Shown here in pieces: positions 42,749 to 54,232 of a stretch of DNA of 64,000 bases (position 1 is its first letter; every line of letters starts with the position of its first letter). Both the position numbers and the translations under genes were made by a program. The DNA is taken from contig JAQWMX010000015.1 of NCBI GenBank assembly GCA_029246545.1, positions 3,652 through 67,651 of the forward strand, given 5' to 3'. The notes under the pieces are model-generated. The model saw only the letters and a list, made by a program, of their open reading frames with translations. It searched no databases and was not told the DNA's origin. The DNA is from Gammaproteobacteria bacterium (lineage in GTDB: Bacteria > Pseudomonadota > Gammaproteobacteria > Pseudomonadales > Pseudohongiellaceae).

Positions 42749-44129
42749 ATGGCAACGACATCATTGTTATAGGCAGTGGTCCAGCTGGTGAAGCGGCTGC
42801 CATGAATGCAGCCAAATCACACCATACTGTTGCTATGGTGTGCGATAAACCCAAACTTGGTGGGAACTCCGCTTATACAGGAACCATTCCTTCCAAGGCT
42901 CTGCGCAACTCTGTACACCAATTTCTAGTTCTAAATACCAACCCGATGTTTCGGGATCTTGCTGTAGTCGGCAAGGTCGGTTTTGAAACTATTATTAAGC
43001 ATGCCGAAAATGTTGTAGATGGACAGCTCAACATGCACACCACTGCATATGGAAGAAATAATATTCCTGTATTTCAAGGCAGCGCTAAATTTGTTGATAA
43101 GCACACAATTGAGCTCAGTGGCGGGAAAAAGAAAAACACACTCAAAGCCAAAGACTTTATTGTCGCTACAGGTTCAAGACCTTATCGACCTGATTTTGTG
43201 GATTTCAACCACAAGCGTGTTTTTGATAGTGACACGATTCTAAAGCTGGATTACACACCCAGCAAGGTCACTATCATTGGTGCGGGTGTCATTGGTTGTG
43301 AATATGCTTCCATTTTCGGTGGGTTAGGAATCAATGTTGAACTGATCAACCCAGAAGAAACCTTGCTGTCTTTCCTTGATACGGAAATTACAGACGCCCT
43401 CAGCTATCAGCTTGGAAATCTAGGTGTGCGTTGCCGACACCAAGAACATTTTGAAAAAATGCAGTGTAATGATGACTCGGTTATTACTTATCTGCAGTCT
43501 GGTAAAAAATCAAGAGTGATATTGTGTTATGGGCGAATGGGCGAACTGGAAATTCTGATAAATTAAATCTTGAAGCTGTTGGTCTGGAGTCAAACAGTAG
43601 AGGCTATCTTAGCGTTAATAATAAATATCAAACCAAAGTTGAGCATATCTATGCCGCCGGGGATGTCATTGGTCGACCTTCACTTGCCAGTGCGGCTTTT
43701 GATCAGGGTAGAGCAGCTTGCAATGCAATCGTTAACCCTAATGATTTTAATTTAGTTGAAGATGTCCCGACGGGCATATATACGATATCTGAAATTAGTA
43801 CTATAGGCTTAAATGAACAAGAACTAACTGAAAAAAAAGTGCGATATGAAGTTGGCAAAGCCTTTTTCAGAAACCTTGCTCGAGCACAAATTACTGGCGA
43901 AAAAGTAGGTATGCTAAAAATAATTTTTCATTTTGACACTCTGGAGATTCTTGGAATTCATTGCTTCGGCTCTCAAGCGTCAGAAATTGTGCATATTGGC
44001 CAAGCTATTATGAGCCAGAAAGGTAAAGCCAATACGCTAAAATATTTTATGAACATTACTTTTAATTATCCAACTATGGCAGAGGCATATAAGGTTGCTG
44101 CCTATGATGGTTATAACCGCGTTTTTTAA
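42749..44129 (+). pseudogene. sthA: Soluble pyridine nucleotide transhydrogenase sthA, disrupted by two 1-nt frame disruptions
   Basis: The two tracked ORFs (42802-43566 and 43524-44129) together are collinear with SthA (DIIVIGSGPAGE...GTIPSKALR...GAGVIGCEYASIF...SGKK | [15 protein letters not shown]...[22 protein letters not shown]). The homology switches frame inside the A6 run at 43504-43509. The only upstream ATG (42749) is out of frame with the Rossmann motif and hits TAG after 7 codons. Confidence 0.8.
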
Positions 44130-44245
44130 GTTTACTATTTGAAATAAATCAAATTAACTTCCCTTTATCAATGGCATAGAATGCCTTGTTGACATATAAT
44201 TCTCGCGAATTTTTTAGTCTATAAATTAATTAACGAGTAAGCAGT

Positions 44246-44680
44246 TTGAACGTCGACTTATTTCCACTAGTTTTATATTCCGGTATCGTAATTGTTCTAA
44301 TTATTGCGCTAACAGGTGTGTCTCATCTGATAGGGCAAAAACGTAAAGACCATGCTACTGAAGAAGTTTATGAATCAGGGATGCTTTCTGTAGGCTCTGC
44401 TCAATTTAAAATATCTGTTCCTTTCTACCTTACTGCCATCCTTTTTATTATTTTCGATTTAGAGGCTGTCTTTCTCTTTGCCTGGGCTATCTCTATTCGT
44501 GAAACCGGATGGCTGGGCTATGCAGAGGTATTCATCTTTATCGCTATATTAATCGCAGGATTAGTTTACCTCTGGCGTTCTGGGGCTCTGGAATGGAGAA
44601 CTCAACGGCAACAGGATGACCTTAGCAATACGATCGGCGAAGGTGGAGTTGTCAATATAGATAGAAAAACGGGCAAGTAA
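44246..44680 (+). CDS. nuoA: NADH-quinone oxidoreductase subunit A
   Basis: Three TM helices, YESGM and FIIFDLEAVFLF motifs. First gene of the nuo operon. TTG start. Confidence 0.9.
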   Translation: MNVDLFPLVLYSGIVIVLIIALTGVSHLIGQKRKDHATEEVYESGMLSVGSAQFKISVPFYLTAILFIIFDLEAVFLFAWAISIRETGWLGYAEVFIFIAILIAGLVYLWRSGALEWRTQRQQDDLSNTIGEGGVVNIDRKTGK

Positions 44681-44718
44681 TTGATTAAAGAAAAGCCTGA
44701 TCATGGGAGTACGCATTA

Positions 44719-45360
44719 ATGAGCTGGGAACTGGTTAAGCCCGAAGATACTTATTCGCCTAGTCCTGGGATGAATCAATTCGATGATCATATTCGTAAGA
44801 ATGTGATTATGACTAGACTTGAAGATGTGTTGGCTTGGAGTCGCAAGAACTCGCTTTGGCCATTTAATTTTGGTTTGTCCTGCTGCTACGTTGAAGCAGC
44901 AACTGCAATTTCAAGCCGGCATGATATCGCTCGTTTTGGCGCTGAAGTATTTCGTGCCACACCACGTCAGGCCGATATGATTATTATTGCTGGAACAGTA
45001 TTTAGAAAGATGGCGCCTGTTGTGCAGCGTCTATATGAGCAAATGATGGAACCTCGCTGGGTTATATGTATGGGTTCTTGTGCAAATTCAGGTGGGATGT
45101 ATGACATCTACTCTGTTGTGCAGGGAGTAGATAAATTTCTGCCTGTTGATGTTTATGTTTCAGGCTGCCCACCTAGACCGGAAGCATTATTACAAGGTTT
45201 GAATTTACTGCAGGACTCCATCGGTAAAAAACGCCGTCCAGTGAGTTGGGTAATTAATGACCAGGGAATATATGAACGTGAGAAAAACATTGTTCAGCGT
45301 GACGCTCGTTTAGAAGACAGAATATCCGCGACGGAATTAAGAAGTCCGGATGAGACCTAA
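44719..45360 (+). CDS. nuoB: NADH-quinone oxidoreductase subunit B
   Basis: N2 cluster ligands: [13 protein letters not shown], and GCPPRPE. Confidence 0.96.
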   Translation: MSWELVKPEDTYSPSPGMNQFDDHIRKNVIMTRLEDVLAWSRKNSLWPFNFGLSCCYVEAATAISSRHDIARFGAEVFRATPRQADMIIIAGTVFRKMAPVVQRLYEQMMEPRWVICMGSCANSGGMYDIYSVVQGVDKFLPVDVYVSGCPPRPEALLQGLNLLQDSIGKKRRPVSWVINDQGIYEREKNIVQRDARLEDRISATELRSPDET

Positions 45361-45384
45361 TAATTTAATTAAGATGAGAACATT

Positions 45385-47166
45385 TTGAGCACTACAAGCG
45401 CCTCATTACAGCAAAGTATGGCCGAAATACCAGCGATAATTACTGAACTTTATCAAAAGTTTGGTGAATCTTCGTTTGTACGACAGCACACAGCTGAAGG
45501 TATGCCGACTTTATGGTTGGGCCGCAATAAGCTATTAGAGGTTCTTAAGTTTTTACGTGATGATCAGCGTCCACGTTATGAAATGGTGCTTGATATTACT
45601 GCCATTGATGAGCGTCTTAGAGTTCATAGGGATGGACAACCAGATAGTGATTTCACAGTTGTTTATCATCTGATTTCGTATTCAGGAAATTGTGATATTC
45701 GGCTTAAGGTGGCTTTACAAGAAAGCGACTTAACTATTCCAACTATAATTTCTTTATGGCCTGCAGCAAATTGGCATGAGCGTGAATGCTGGGATATGTT
45801 TGGAGTGGTCTTCGAAGGTCATCCAAATTTAAGCCGTATTTATTCGCCGCCTACTTGGATTGGGCATCCTTTGCGTAAAGATCATCCCGCTCGGGCAACA
45901 GAAATGGAGCCCTACAGGCTGGATGACGATATCGTTGATACTGAACAAGAAGCCATGAAGTTCAATCCCGAAGAATGGGGTCTTGAGCGCAAGTCTGATA
46001 GTAGTGAATTCATGTTTTTGAATTTCGGTCCTAACCATCCAGCAGCGCATGGAGTCATCCGCTTTGCTCTGCAATTAGATGGAGAATATGTAATAGATGT
46101 TGTGCCTGACGTTGGTTATCACCATCGTGGGGCAGAAAAAATGGGTGAGCGCCAAACTTGGCATACCTATATTCCTTATACCGACCGTATAGATTATCTC
46201 GGTGGTGTGATGAATAATTTACCGTATGTTATGGCGGTAGAGAAAATGGCCGGCATTAAAGTGCCAGATCGTGTTGAAGTCATCCGCGTCATGTTGGCTG
46301 AATTTTTCCGTATATGTAGCCACTTATTATTCTTCGGTACCTGGGCTGTCGACCTTGGCCAATTATCGCCCTTGTTTTACGCCTTCGTTGATCGTGAAAA
46401 AGCATTCAATATAATTGAATCAATTACCGGCGGGCGTATGCACCCAAGTTGGTTTCGTATTGGTGGTGTCGCTCAAAACTTGCCTAATGGCTGGGAAGTA
46501 CGTGTCCGTGAATTCGTTGATATGTTTCCAAAGAAGCTGCAGGAATACAACAAAATGGTCATGGATAACACTATGATCAAACAGCGTACAGTGGGTGTTG
46601 GTAAGATGAATACTCAAGATGCTTTCGACTGGGGAATGACTGGCCCAGCCTTACGAGCCACTGGTCTAGAATGGGATTACCGTAAAGACCGTCCATATTC
46701 AGGTTATGAAAACTTTGATTTTGAAGTGCCTATTGCAGTCAATGGTGATTGCTATGATCGTGCAGCTGTCCGTATTGAAGAAATGCGTCAGAGTTGTGAG
46801 ATTATTCGCCAATGTTTAGAAAACATGCCATCAGGGCCATACAAGTCTGATCATCCTTTAACTACTCCACCTTTAAAAGAAGACAGTAAACAAGATATTG
46901 AAACCCTGATTAATCACTTTTTGAGCGTAAGTTGGGGCCCAGTGATGGATCCAACGGAAGTTACCATGAGCATCGAAGCGACCAAAGGTATTAACTCTTA
47001 TTATTTAATTAATGATGGTGGAAGTGGCGCCTATCGAACTCGGATTCGCACACCATCCTTTATACATATTCAGGCAGTTCCATTTTTAAGTAGAGGGCTT
47101 ATGTTGGCGGACTTTACCGCTGTCGTAGCATCTACTGATTTTGTCATGGCTGATGTAGATAAATGA
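45385..47166 (+). CDS. nuoC: NADH-quinone oxidoreductase fused subunit C/D
   Basis: 593 aa. NuoC-like N-half ([20 protein letters not shown]) fused to a NuoD-like C-half ([12 protein letters not shown]...YHHRGAEK), as in enterobacterial and Pseudomonas-type operons. Confidence 0.96.
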   Translation: MSTTSASLQQSMAEIPAIITELYQKFGESSFVRQHTAEGMPTLWLGRNKLLEVLKFLRDDQRPRYEMVLDITAIDERLRVHRDGQPDSDFTVVYHLISYSGNCDIRLKVALQESDLTIPTIISLWPAANWHERECWDMFGVVFEGHPNLSRIYSPPTWIGHPLRKDHPARATEMEPYRLDDDIVDTEQEAMKFNPEEWGLERKSDSSEFMFLNFGPNHPAAHGVIRFALQLDGEYVIDVVPDVGYHHRGAEKMGERQTWHTYIPYTDRIDYLGGVMNNLPYVMAVEKMAGIKVPDRVEVIRVMLAEFFRICSHLLFFGTWAVDLGQLSPLFYAFVDREKAFNIIESITGGRMHPSWFRIGGVAQNLPNGWEVRVREFVDMFPKKLQEYNKMVMDNTMIKQRTVGVGKMNTQDAFDWGMTGPALRATGLEWDYRKDRPYSGYENFDFEVPIAVNGDCYDRAAVRIEEMRQSCEIIRQCLENMPSGPYKSDHPLTTPPLKEDSKQDIETLINHFLSVSWGPVMDPTEVTMSIEATKGINSYYLINDGGSGAYRTRIRTPSFIHIQAVPFLSRGLMLADFTAVVASTDFVMADVDK

Positions 47167-47226
47167 TAAATAAAGAATTAATAAAGCAAATAGACAAATT
47201 AAGACGGTAGAGAAAATAGAACGAAG

Positions 47227-47739
47227 ATGAGCAATATTATTGCCAGTACAGCCCCTAAAGCACGGCAACTGACCGAAGCGGAGATTCATGAGATAGAGCA
47301 TGAAAAAACGCATTACCCTTATGCACAAGCGGTAGGTCTAGAAGCTTTAAAAATTGTACAGAAATACCAAGGTTGGGTGAGCGATGAGAGTCTACTAGCT
47401 GTTTCAGAATACTTGGATATTCCACCAGATGATCTTGAAGGTGTAGCTACTTTCTTTAACATGATCTTTCGTCGTCCAGTTGGCAAGAACGTAATACTTT
47501 TATGTGATTCTGTTGCTTGCTGGATGCTAGGTTGTGATGATCTAAAGGCCCATATCACTAGCGAATTAGGTATTGATTATGGTGAAACAACAGACGATGA
47601 CATGTTCACCTTAATTCCGGTTCCGTGCCTAGGCGATTGTGATAAAGCGCCGAGCATGATGGTGGGAAGAGAATTATATAGAAGCCTGACCAATGAAAAG
47701 ATTGATCAGGTAATCGCAGACTATAAAGCCAAAGCTTAG
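47227..47739 (+). CDS. nuoE: NADH-quinone oxidoreductase subunit E
   Basis: 2Fe-2S ligands in CDSVACWMLGC and PCLGDCDKAP. Confidence 0.95.
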   Translation: MSNIIASTAPKARQLTEAEIHEIEHEKTHYPYAQAVGLEALKIVQKYQGWVSDESLLAVSEYLDIPPDDLEGVATFFNMIFRRPVGKNVILLCDSVACWMLGCDDLKAHITSELGIDYGETTDDDMFTLIPVPCLGDCDKAPSMMVGRELYRSLTNEKIDQVIADYKAKA

Positions 47740-47782
47740 GTTAGTTAGTAAAAAATAAAAGTTAAAAGTGAAAACGAAGTAG

Positions 47783-49051
47783 ATGAGCATAAATAATCCA
47801 TTAACCAAGAATATAGAAGAAGGCAGAGCCCCTTTTACTTTTAAAGAGTATAAGGCTGCTGGTGGCTATCAAAGTTTTACCAATGCCGTAAAGATGAGTC
47901 CGCGAGACGTCATGGGTCAGGTCAAGGATTCAGGTCTTGGTGGCCGTGGTGGTGCTGGTTTTAATACCGGCTTGAAATGGAGTTTCTCACCAGATCCAGA
48001 TGGTTTGCCACGCTACTTGGTCATCAATGCAGATGAAATGGAGCCAGGCACATTTAAAGATCGTCTCTTAATGGAGAGTGATCCACATTTACTTATTGAA
48101 GGCATGATTACAGCCTCATACGCGATTCAAGCAAGTACCGGCTATATTTTTCTCAGGGGTGAATACACCGTCGCCGAGGAAAACTTATTAAAAGCTATTG
48201 CCGAAGCTTATGACAATGGCATGCTGGGTAAGAATATTCAGGGATCAGATTACTCTCTGGATATCTATTTACATACAAGTGCAGGGCGTTATATCTGCGG
48301 CGAAGAAACTGCATTAATTAACGCTTTAGAAGGCAAGCGTGCTAATCCACGTTTTAAACCGCCATTTCCACAAGTCAGCGGCCTATGGGGCAGACCAACA
48401 TTGGTTAATAATGTTGAAACGATCTGTAATATTCCAGGTATTTTGACCCATGGTGTTGAGTGGTTCAAAGGTTTAGGTCTAGGTGATGAATGTGGTACCC
48501 GTATATCAGGTGTGAGTGGTCGAGTTAAGAACCCTGGTTGCTGGGAAATGCCTGTGGGAACGACATTCCGCACCTTATTAGAAGATTATGCCGGTGGTAT
48601 GCAAGACGGCTACGAAATGAAAGCATTCTTGCCTGGAGGCGGGTCAACAGACTTTTTAACCTCTGATCATCTTGATTTACCAATGATTCCGGGTGATGTA
48701 GCTAAAGCAGGCTCTCGCTTGGGAACCTCTTTAATCATGATACTCGATGATAAAACTTGCCCAATAGGTACAGTTCGTAATCTGATCAAATTTTTTGCAC
48801 ATGAGTCCTGTGGCTGGTGCACACCTTGTCGTGATGGTCTGCCTTGGGTTGAGCACATTCTGAATAAAATGGAAGAGGGCGAAGGTGAAGAAAAGGATAT
48901 TGGGGTCTTAAAGGAGATGTGCGGTTATATGGGACCAGGAAATACCTTTTGTGCATTAGCTCCGGGTGCTGCAGAACCCTTACAAAGCAGTCTTAAGTAT
49001 TTTATGGACGAGTATGAAAGCCATATTAAGCACGGCTGTAACTATAAATAA
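47783..49051 (+). CDS. nuoF: NADH-quinone oxidoreductase subunit F
   Basis: FMN/NADH site GLGGRGGAGF and ICGEETALINALEG. N3 cluster ESCGWCTPCRDG. Confidence 0.97.
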   Translation: MSINNPLTKNIEEGRAPFTFKEYKAAGGYQSFTNAVKMSPRDVMGQVKDSGLGGRGGAGFNTGLKWSFSPDPDGLPRYLVINADEMEPGTFKDRLLMESDPHLLIEGMITASYAIQASTGYIFLRGEYTVAEENLLKAIAEAYDNGMLGKNIQGSDYSLDIYLHTSAGRYICGEETALINALEGKRANPRFKPPFPQVSGLWGRPTLVNNVETICNIPGILTHGVEWFKGLGLGDECGTRISGVSGRVKNPGCWEMPVGTTFRTLLEDYAGGMQDGYEMKAFLPGGGSTDFLTSDHLDLPMIPGDVAKAGSRLGTSLIMILDDKTCPIGTVRNLIKFFAHESCGWCTPCRDGLPWVEHILNKMEEGEGEEKDIGVLKEMCGYMGPGNTFCALAPGAAEPLQSSLKYFMDEYESHIKHGCNYK

Positions 49052-49112
49052 CATTAATTTAGTTAAGTAACTATATGATAATTAAATATATAAAGGAAAT
49101 TTAGGTTAAAAG

Positions 49113-51833
49113 ATGGCATCCATCACCATAGACGGCAAAGTCTTTGAAGTAGACGCAAAAAACAATCTCTTGCAGGAGTGTCTTTCTCATGCAATGGATT
49201 TGCCGTATTTTTGTTGGCATCCGAGCATGGGCTCAGTGGGTTCATGTCGTCAATGTGCAGTTATTGAATACGCCAATGAAGATGATGAAAAAGGTCGCTT
49301 AGTAATGGCCTGTATGACTGAGCCACGTGAAGGCGCTCGTTATTCTATTGAAGCTGCTTCTACATTCAGGGCTCAAGCAATCGAAAGCATTATGATTAAT
49401 CACCCACATGACTGCCCAGTCTGTGAAGAGGGTGGAGAGTGTCATTTGCAGGACATGACAGTAATGTCAGGTCATACCTATCGTCGCTACGATGGTAAAA
49501 AGAAAACGCATCATAACCAATACTTAGGTCCTTTCATCAATCATGAGATGAATCGTTGTATCACTTGCTACCGTTGTGTGCGCTATTACAAGGACTATGC
49601 TGGTGGTACTGACTTTGGTCCACAGGCTTCACATGACAATACCTATTTTGGGCGTTGGCAGGAAGGCTCATTAGAGAGTGAATTTTCTGGCAACCTCGTT
49701 GAAGTTTGTCCAACAGGTGTATTTACCGATAAACCTTTTAGTAAACATTACAGCCGTAAGTGGGATTTGCAGTCTTCTCCTTCAGTCTGCACTGGTTGTA
49801 GCGTTGGTTGTAATACAAATCCAGGAGAACGTTACGGCTCATTAAGACGTATTGTTAATCGCTTTAATGATGAAGTGAATGGCTACTTCCTTTGTGATAA
49901 GGGTCGTTTTGGCGCTGAATATGTTAACAGCTCAGAACGTATCCCGGTAAGCATGATACGTAATTCACATGATGCTGATCCTGTGCAAATTGAAGCAGAT
50001 ATTGCCAAAGAAGCCTTAAGTAAGGCGGCTAAAGGAAGTATTGGTATAGGTTCACCAAGAGCTTCAATGGAAGCAAACTTTGCTCTTCGCGATTTGGTTG
50101 GTGAAGAAAACTTCTATGCAGGTATTGCAGAAAATGAACTTGGTATGCTCGATAAAATTATCGACATTTATCAAAACAAACCGGTAAATATAGCCAACAT
50201 TAAAGATATTGAAAATTCAGATGCTGTACTGATCCTGGGTGAAGATCTGACTAATACTGCCGCGCGTCTTGCCTTGGGTGTGCGTCAATCTGTGAAAAAT
50301 TTAGGTCGACAAATGGGCGCCGATTTAAATTTTCCTATTTGGCATGATGCAGCCATTCGGCAATTGGCGATGGATAAACTTAGCCCGCTTTATATTTTAA
50401 GTCCGCATACAACTCGTTTAGATGATGTTTCCCATACTACCCATATAAGTTCGGCGGCTAACAGTGCGCGTATCGGTATGGCTATTGCCAATGCTATTGA
50501 TTCATCTGCCCCAGCGGTTAAAGGTTTAACTAAAGATGAGAAAGCTCTGGTTGCAGAAATTGCGGAAACATTGAAGTCAGCTAAGCAAGCCTTAATTATA
50601 AGTGGCACAAGCAGTAGAGAGCCAGCCTTATTAGAAGCAGCCAGCAATATTGCAACTGCTTTACAAGATGGCGATAACAAAGCCAACTTAGCGTTGGTTA
50701 GTGCTGAATCAAATAGCATGGGGCTTGCGCTGATGATGCAAGGAAATAACAAAGCTCTAGAACAAGCGATTAGCGCTGTTAAAAAATCAGCAATAGTTTT
50801 GGAAAACGACCTTTATCGACGAGCATCTTCTTCAGATGTTGATGCTTTTATTAATGGTCTTGATCAACTGGTCGTACTTGATCATCTTAAGAATCGTACT
50901 GGTGAGCAAGCCAACTTGGTAATAGCTGCTGCCACCTTTGCTGAAAGCTCTGGCACATTCGTTAATTATGAAGGGCGTGCACAGCATTATTATTCGACCT
51001 TTAAACCAGATTCCGCCATTCGTTCAAGTGCACTTTGGTTATCAGATAAGCCTTTCAATGAGATTACAGCTGCTTGTGCTGACGCTATTGCTAATTGCGA
51101 TGGTATTACTGACCTTACTCCAGGTGAAAATTATAATTTTGCCGGACTAAAAGTACCAAGACAGCATCATCGATACAGTGGTCGTACCTCTATGCGTGCC
51201 AATATCAACGTGCATGAACCAAAACAAGAGCAAGATGAAGATGGTGTGATGGTTTATTCGATGGAAGGTGTACCTGCCATTAAAGATGCTTCAGTTTTAA
51301 ACTCACCTTGGGCTCCGGGTTGGAATTCAAATCAAAGTATTTTTAAATTCCAAGAGAATGCTGGTGGAGCATTAAAGCAAGGCTCTAATGGCCAACGTTT
51401 ATTGCTAAACACTTGCACTAAGAAAACCTGGTATGAAGCAGCTGGTTCAAATGACGCTAAAGAAGGGTTTGAAGTATTTCCGCTTTATCATTTATTCGGG
51501 TCAGAAGAGCTCAGTGCTTATACGCCTGCGATACAAGAAAAAGCGACCTCAGCTTATATCTCATTAAATCCAGAAGATGCTGAAAAATTAGGTTTACAAG
51601 CCAGCGATGGAGTACAAGTAGAACATAACGGCGCTGTTCCTTTTATTGTGCGTGAAGCTACGCAAGTTGGAACAGTGGGTATCTCTGTAGGACTTAAAGG
51701 CTTAAATTTCCAAGATATCAGTTCGGCTGTTGCACTGGATAAAGCTGACAATTGGAAAAACTCGGAGACTTGGTTAGCTGCCAATATTATTGCCAGCGAT
51801 AAGCGTGAAGTTAACATAGAGGGTGTCGACTGA
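49113..51833 (+). CDS. nuoG: NADH-quinone oxidoreductase subunit G
   Basis: 906 aa. N-terminal 2Fe-2S (CWHPSMGSVGSCRQC), HPHDCPVCEEGGECHLQ, CITCYRCVRY, then a molybdopterin-oxidoreductase-like domain. Confidence 0.96.
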   Translation: MASITIDGKVFEVDAKNNLLQECLSHAMDLPYFCWHPSMGSVGSCRQCAVIEYANEDDEKGRLVMACMTEPREGARYSIEAASTFRAQAIESIMINHPHDCPVCEEGGECHLQDMTVMSGHTYRRYDGKKKTHHNQYLGPFINHEMNRCITCYRCVRYYKDYAGGTDFGPQASHDNTYFGRWQEGSLESEFSGNLVEVCPTGVFTDKPFSKHYSRKWDLQSSPSVCTGCSVGCNTNPGERYGSLRRIVNRFNDEVNGYFLCDKGRFGAEYVNSSERIPVSMIRNSHDADPVQIEADIAKEALSKAAKGSIGIGSPRASMEANFALRDLVGEENFYAGIAENELGMLDKIIDIYQNKPVNIANIKDIENSDAVLILGEDLTNTAARLALGVRQSVKNLGRQMGADLNFPIWHDAAIRQLAMDKLSPLYILSPHTTRLDDVSHTTHISSAANSARIGMAIANAIDSSAPAVKGLTKDEKALVAEIAETLKSAKQALIISGTSSREPALLEAASNIATALQDGDNKANLALVSAESNSMGLALMMQGNNKALEQAISAVKKSAIVLENDLYRRASSSDVDAFINGLDQLVVLDHLKNRTGEQANLVIAAATFAESSGTFVNYEGRAQHYYSTFKPDSAIRSSALWLSDKPFNEITAACADAIANCDGITDLTPGENYNFAGLKVPRQHHRYSGRTSMRANINVHEPKQEQDEDGVMVYSMEGVPAIKDASVLNSPWAPGWNSNQSIFKFQENAGGALKQGSNGQRLLLNTCTKKTWYEAAGSNDAKEGFEVFPLYHLFGSEELSAYTPAIQEKATSAYISLNPEDAEKLGLQASDGVQVEHNGAVPFIVREATQVGTVGISVGLKGLNFQDISSAVALDKADNWKNSETWLAANIIASDKREVNIEGVD

Positions 51834-52816
51834 TGTTTAGTTTTGAAGTCGGCTCTTTATTGAATATCGCTCTGGTTCTGGTTGCCGGTTTGGTTATTTC
51901 AATTATGATGATTTGGGTTGAAAGGCGTTTTTTGGGTTTTTTCTCTGATCGCCTTGGCCCAAATAGAGTTGGCCCATTCGGTATATTCCAGGTTATTGCA
52001 GACGCGGTCAAAATGCTGGCCAAGGAAGACTGGATACCACCATTCTCAGATAAGTTCACTTTTGTTATTGCTCCAATGATCTTGCCTATTGTGATGTTGA
52101 TGAGCTTGGGAGTGATTCCTTTTGCTCCTGGCGTCGGCGTTATGGATCTAAATATTGGATTGCTGTGGATTTTTGCCATGGCAGGTTTGGCATCATATTC
52201 CACTATGCTAGGAGGCCTGGCATCTAATAATAAATTTGCTTTATTGGGCGCATTGCGCGGTGCCGGCCAGATGATTTCCTACGAAGTTTTTATGGGGATA
52301 TCCATACTCGGCATAGTTGTTTTGTCAGATAGTTTTAATTTGCGTGAAATTGTAGAAGCGCAAGAAGATGGCTGGTTTGTTATTCCGCAATTTTTTGGCT
52401 TCGTTGTATTTATGGTGGCGGGTATAGCTGAATCTCATCGCTGGCCTTTTGACTTACCAGAAGGTGAAGCTGAAATTATTTCTGGTTATAACACTGAATA
52501 TTCCGGCATGAAATTTGGTTTATTTATGATCGGTGAATATATCGGCATGGTAGTGATGTCTGCCATAATTCCAGTACTATTTTTCGGTGGTTGGCTTGCT
52601 CCTTTTGGCTTGGAGTTTGGCAACGAAATAATTTCCGGTCTGTTTTGGATGGGTGCAAAGACATCTTTCTTCCTATTATTTTTTGTATTGGTTAGAGCGG
52701 CTTTAGTTAGGCCTCGTTATGATCAACTTATGAGTTATGGCTGGTTGGTTATGCTGCCATTGTCATTAATAAACCTATTAATTACTGGGGCAGTAGTTTT
52801 ATATCAGGCTGGTTAA
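51833..52816 (+). CDS. nuoH: NADH-quinone oxidoreductase subunit H
   Basis: Polytopic membrane protein with RLGPNRVGPFG and AESHRWPFDLPEGEAE motifs. The ATG overlaps the nuoG TGA. Confidence 0.96.
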   Translation: MFSFEVGSLLNIALVLVAGLVISIMMIWVERRFLGFFSDRLGPNRVGPFGIFQVIADAVKMLAKEDWIPPFSDKFTFVIAPMILPIVMLMSLGVIPFAPGVGVMDLNIGLLWIFAMAGLASYSTMLGGLASNNKFALLGALRGAGQMISYEVFMGISILGIVVLSDSFNLREIVEAQEDGWFVIPQFFGFVVFMVAGIAESHRWPFDLPEGEAEIISGYNTEYSGMKFGLFMIGEYIGMVVMSAIIPVLFFGGWLAPFGLEFGNEIISGLFWMGAKTSFFLLFFVLVRAALVRPRYDQLMSYGWLVMLPLSLINLLITGAVVLYQAG

Positions 52817-52870
52817 TTTTTAGTCATGGATGGTGCATTAATAAATGTGTAAAGCGGAGAATTAAGATAA

Positions 52871-53419
52871 ATGTTTAAGGCGCTCGGCAAGCAGATAAAA
52901 ATAATATGGACACAACTAGTAAGTCTGTGGCTGGTGTTTCTGCATTTGTTTAACAAAGCCGATACGGTTGAATACCCTGATGTTATGCCTTATATGTTTC
53001 CACGCTGGCGTGGGCGAATCATTTTGACGCGTGACCCAGATGGAGAAGAACGTTGTGTTGCCTGCAATCTTTGTGCGGTTGCTTGTCCAGTAGATTGTAT
53101 ATCCTTGCAAAAAACTGAAGACGAAACTGGGCGTTGGTATCCTGAATTTTTCCGTATCAATTTTTCTCGTTGCATCATGTGTGGGTTCTGTGAGGAAGCA
53201 TGTCCGACTCACGCTATTCAATTAACGCCTGATTTTGAAATGGCTGAATATGTTCGTCAGGACATGGTTTGGGAAAAAGAACACATGCTAATTAATGGCA
53301 CGGGGAAGTATCACGACTATAACTTCTACAATGTAGCGGGTAAGGCTATTGGAGGCAAAGGCAAGGGCGAAGCTCAGAATGAATTGCCTCCTGTGGATAG
53401 AAAGAGCTTGTTGCCATGA
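52871..53419 (+). CDS. nuoI: NADH-quinone oxidoreductase subunit I
   Basis: Two 4Fe-4S ferredoxin motifs: [12 protein letters not shown] and [12 protein letters not shown]. Confidence 0.96.
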   Translation: MFKALGKQIKIIWTQLVSLWLVFLHLFNKADTVEYPDVMPYMFPRWRGRIILTRDPDGEERCVACNLCAVACPVDCISLQKTEDETGRWYPEFFRINFSRCIMCGFCEEACPTHAIQLTPDFEMAEYVRQDMVWEKEHMLINGTGKYHDYNFYNVAGKAIGGKGKGEAQNELPPVDRKSLLP

Positions 53420-53898
53420 GCATATTGTTTTACTTATCAGCTATTGTCTCGGTGCTTTCAACCATCATGGCAATCACTCGATTGAATGTAGTACACGCAC
53501 TCCTATATTTCATTGTTTCTTTACTCTCTGTTGCGGTAATTTTTTATACCTTAGGTGCGCCGATGGCAGCTGCACTTGAAGTGATTGTCTATGCGGGCGC
53601 AATCATGGTGATGTTCTTATTTGTCATGATGATGTTGAATCTGGGGCAATCCACAATTGATCAGGAGCGGTCTTGGCTTTCACCAAACATGTGGATTGGG
53701 CCGAGTATATTGGCAGCTATATTGCTAGTTGAGTTATTACTTGGTTTATTTACCACCGATGCCACGATAGCTCACACCATGGTAGAAGCTAAAGAAATCG
53801 GTATTGCGCTTTTTGGTCCATATGTCTTGGCTGTGGAACTTGCTTCCATGTTGCTATTAGCTGGTTTGGTGGGTGCATTCCACTTGGCGAGGAAATAG
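53416..53898 (+). CDS. nuoJ: NADH-quinone oxidoreductase subunit J
   Basis: 160-aa five-TM protein, ATGA overlap with nuoI, in operon position. Confidence 0.9.
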   Translation: MSILFYLSAIVSVLSTIMAITRLNVVHALLYFIVSLLSVAVIFYTLGAPMAAALEVIVYAGAIMVMFLFVMMMLNLGQSTIDQERSWLSPNMWIGPSILAAILLVELLLGLFTTDATIAHTMVEAKEIGIALFGPYVLAVELASMLLLAGLVGAFHLARK

Positions 53899-53901
53899 CG
53901 C

Positions 53902-54222
53902 ATGACTGTCATGATGCAGGAAATACCTTTGGAGCACGGACTGATACTAGCAACGATTTTGTTTTTGCTGGGTTTGGTTGGGGTACTGACAAGACGTAAT
54001 TTAATTTTCGTATTGATGTCTCTAGAAATAATGCTCAATGCTGCTGGCCTAGCTTTCGTCGTTGGCGCTTCGCGATGGGGAGAAGCCGATGGGCAGGTTA
54101 TGTTTCTAATGATTTTAAGCTTGGCAGCCGCTGAAGTTGCTATCGGTTTAGGCTTAGTGTTGCAGCTCTTCCATAAGCATAAAACACTGGATTTAGACTC
54201 TTTGAACAAGATGAAAGGGTAA
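53902..54222 (+). CDS. nuoK: NADH-quinone oxidoreductase subunit K
   Basis: [26 protein letters not shown]... resembles E. coli NuoK. Three TM helices with conserved Glu residues. The start may instead be at 53914. Confidence 0.92.
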   Translation: MTVMMQEIPLEHGLILATILFLLGLVGVLTRRNLIFVLMSLEIMLNAAGLAFVVGASRWGEADGQVMFLMILSLAAAEVAIGLGLVLQLFHKHKTLDLDSLNKMKG

Positions 54223-54232
54223 AAGTGGAAAC

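Noticed and set aside
43495-43570. Programmed ribosomal frameshifting at the A6 run in sthA.
   Set aside because: No downstream stimulatory structure or canonical slippery heptamer context is evident. A second, independent frame problem exists at the 5' end. Pseudogenisation or a homopolymer sequencing error is more parsimonious.
44190-44245. TTGACA followed by TATAAT-like and TATAAA-like sequences upstream of nuoA, as a nuo promoter.
   Set aside because: The spacings are 0 nt and about 25 nt, and neither fits a sigma70 promoter. I could not define a defensible -10/-35 pair.
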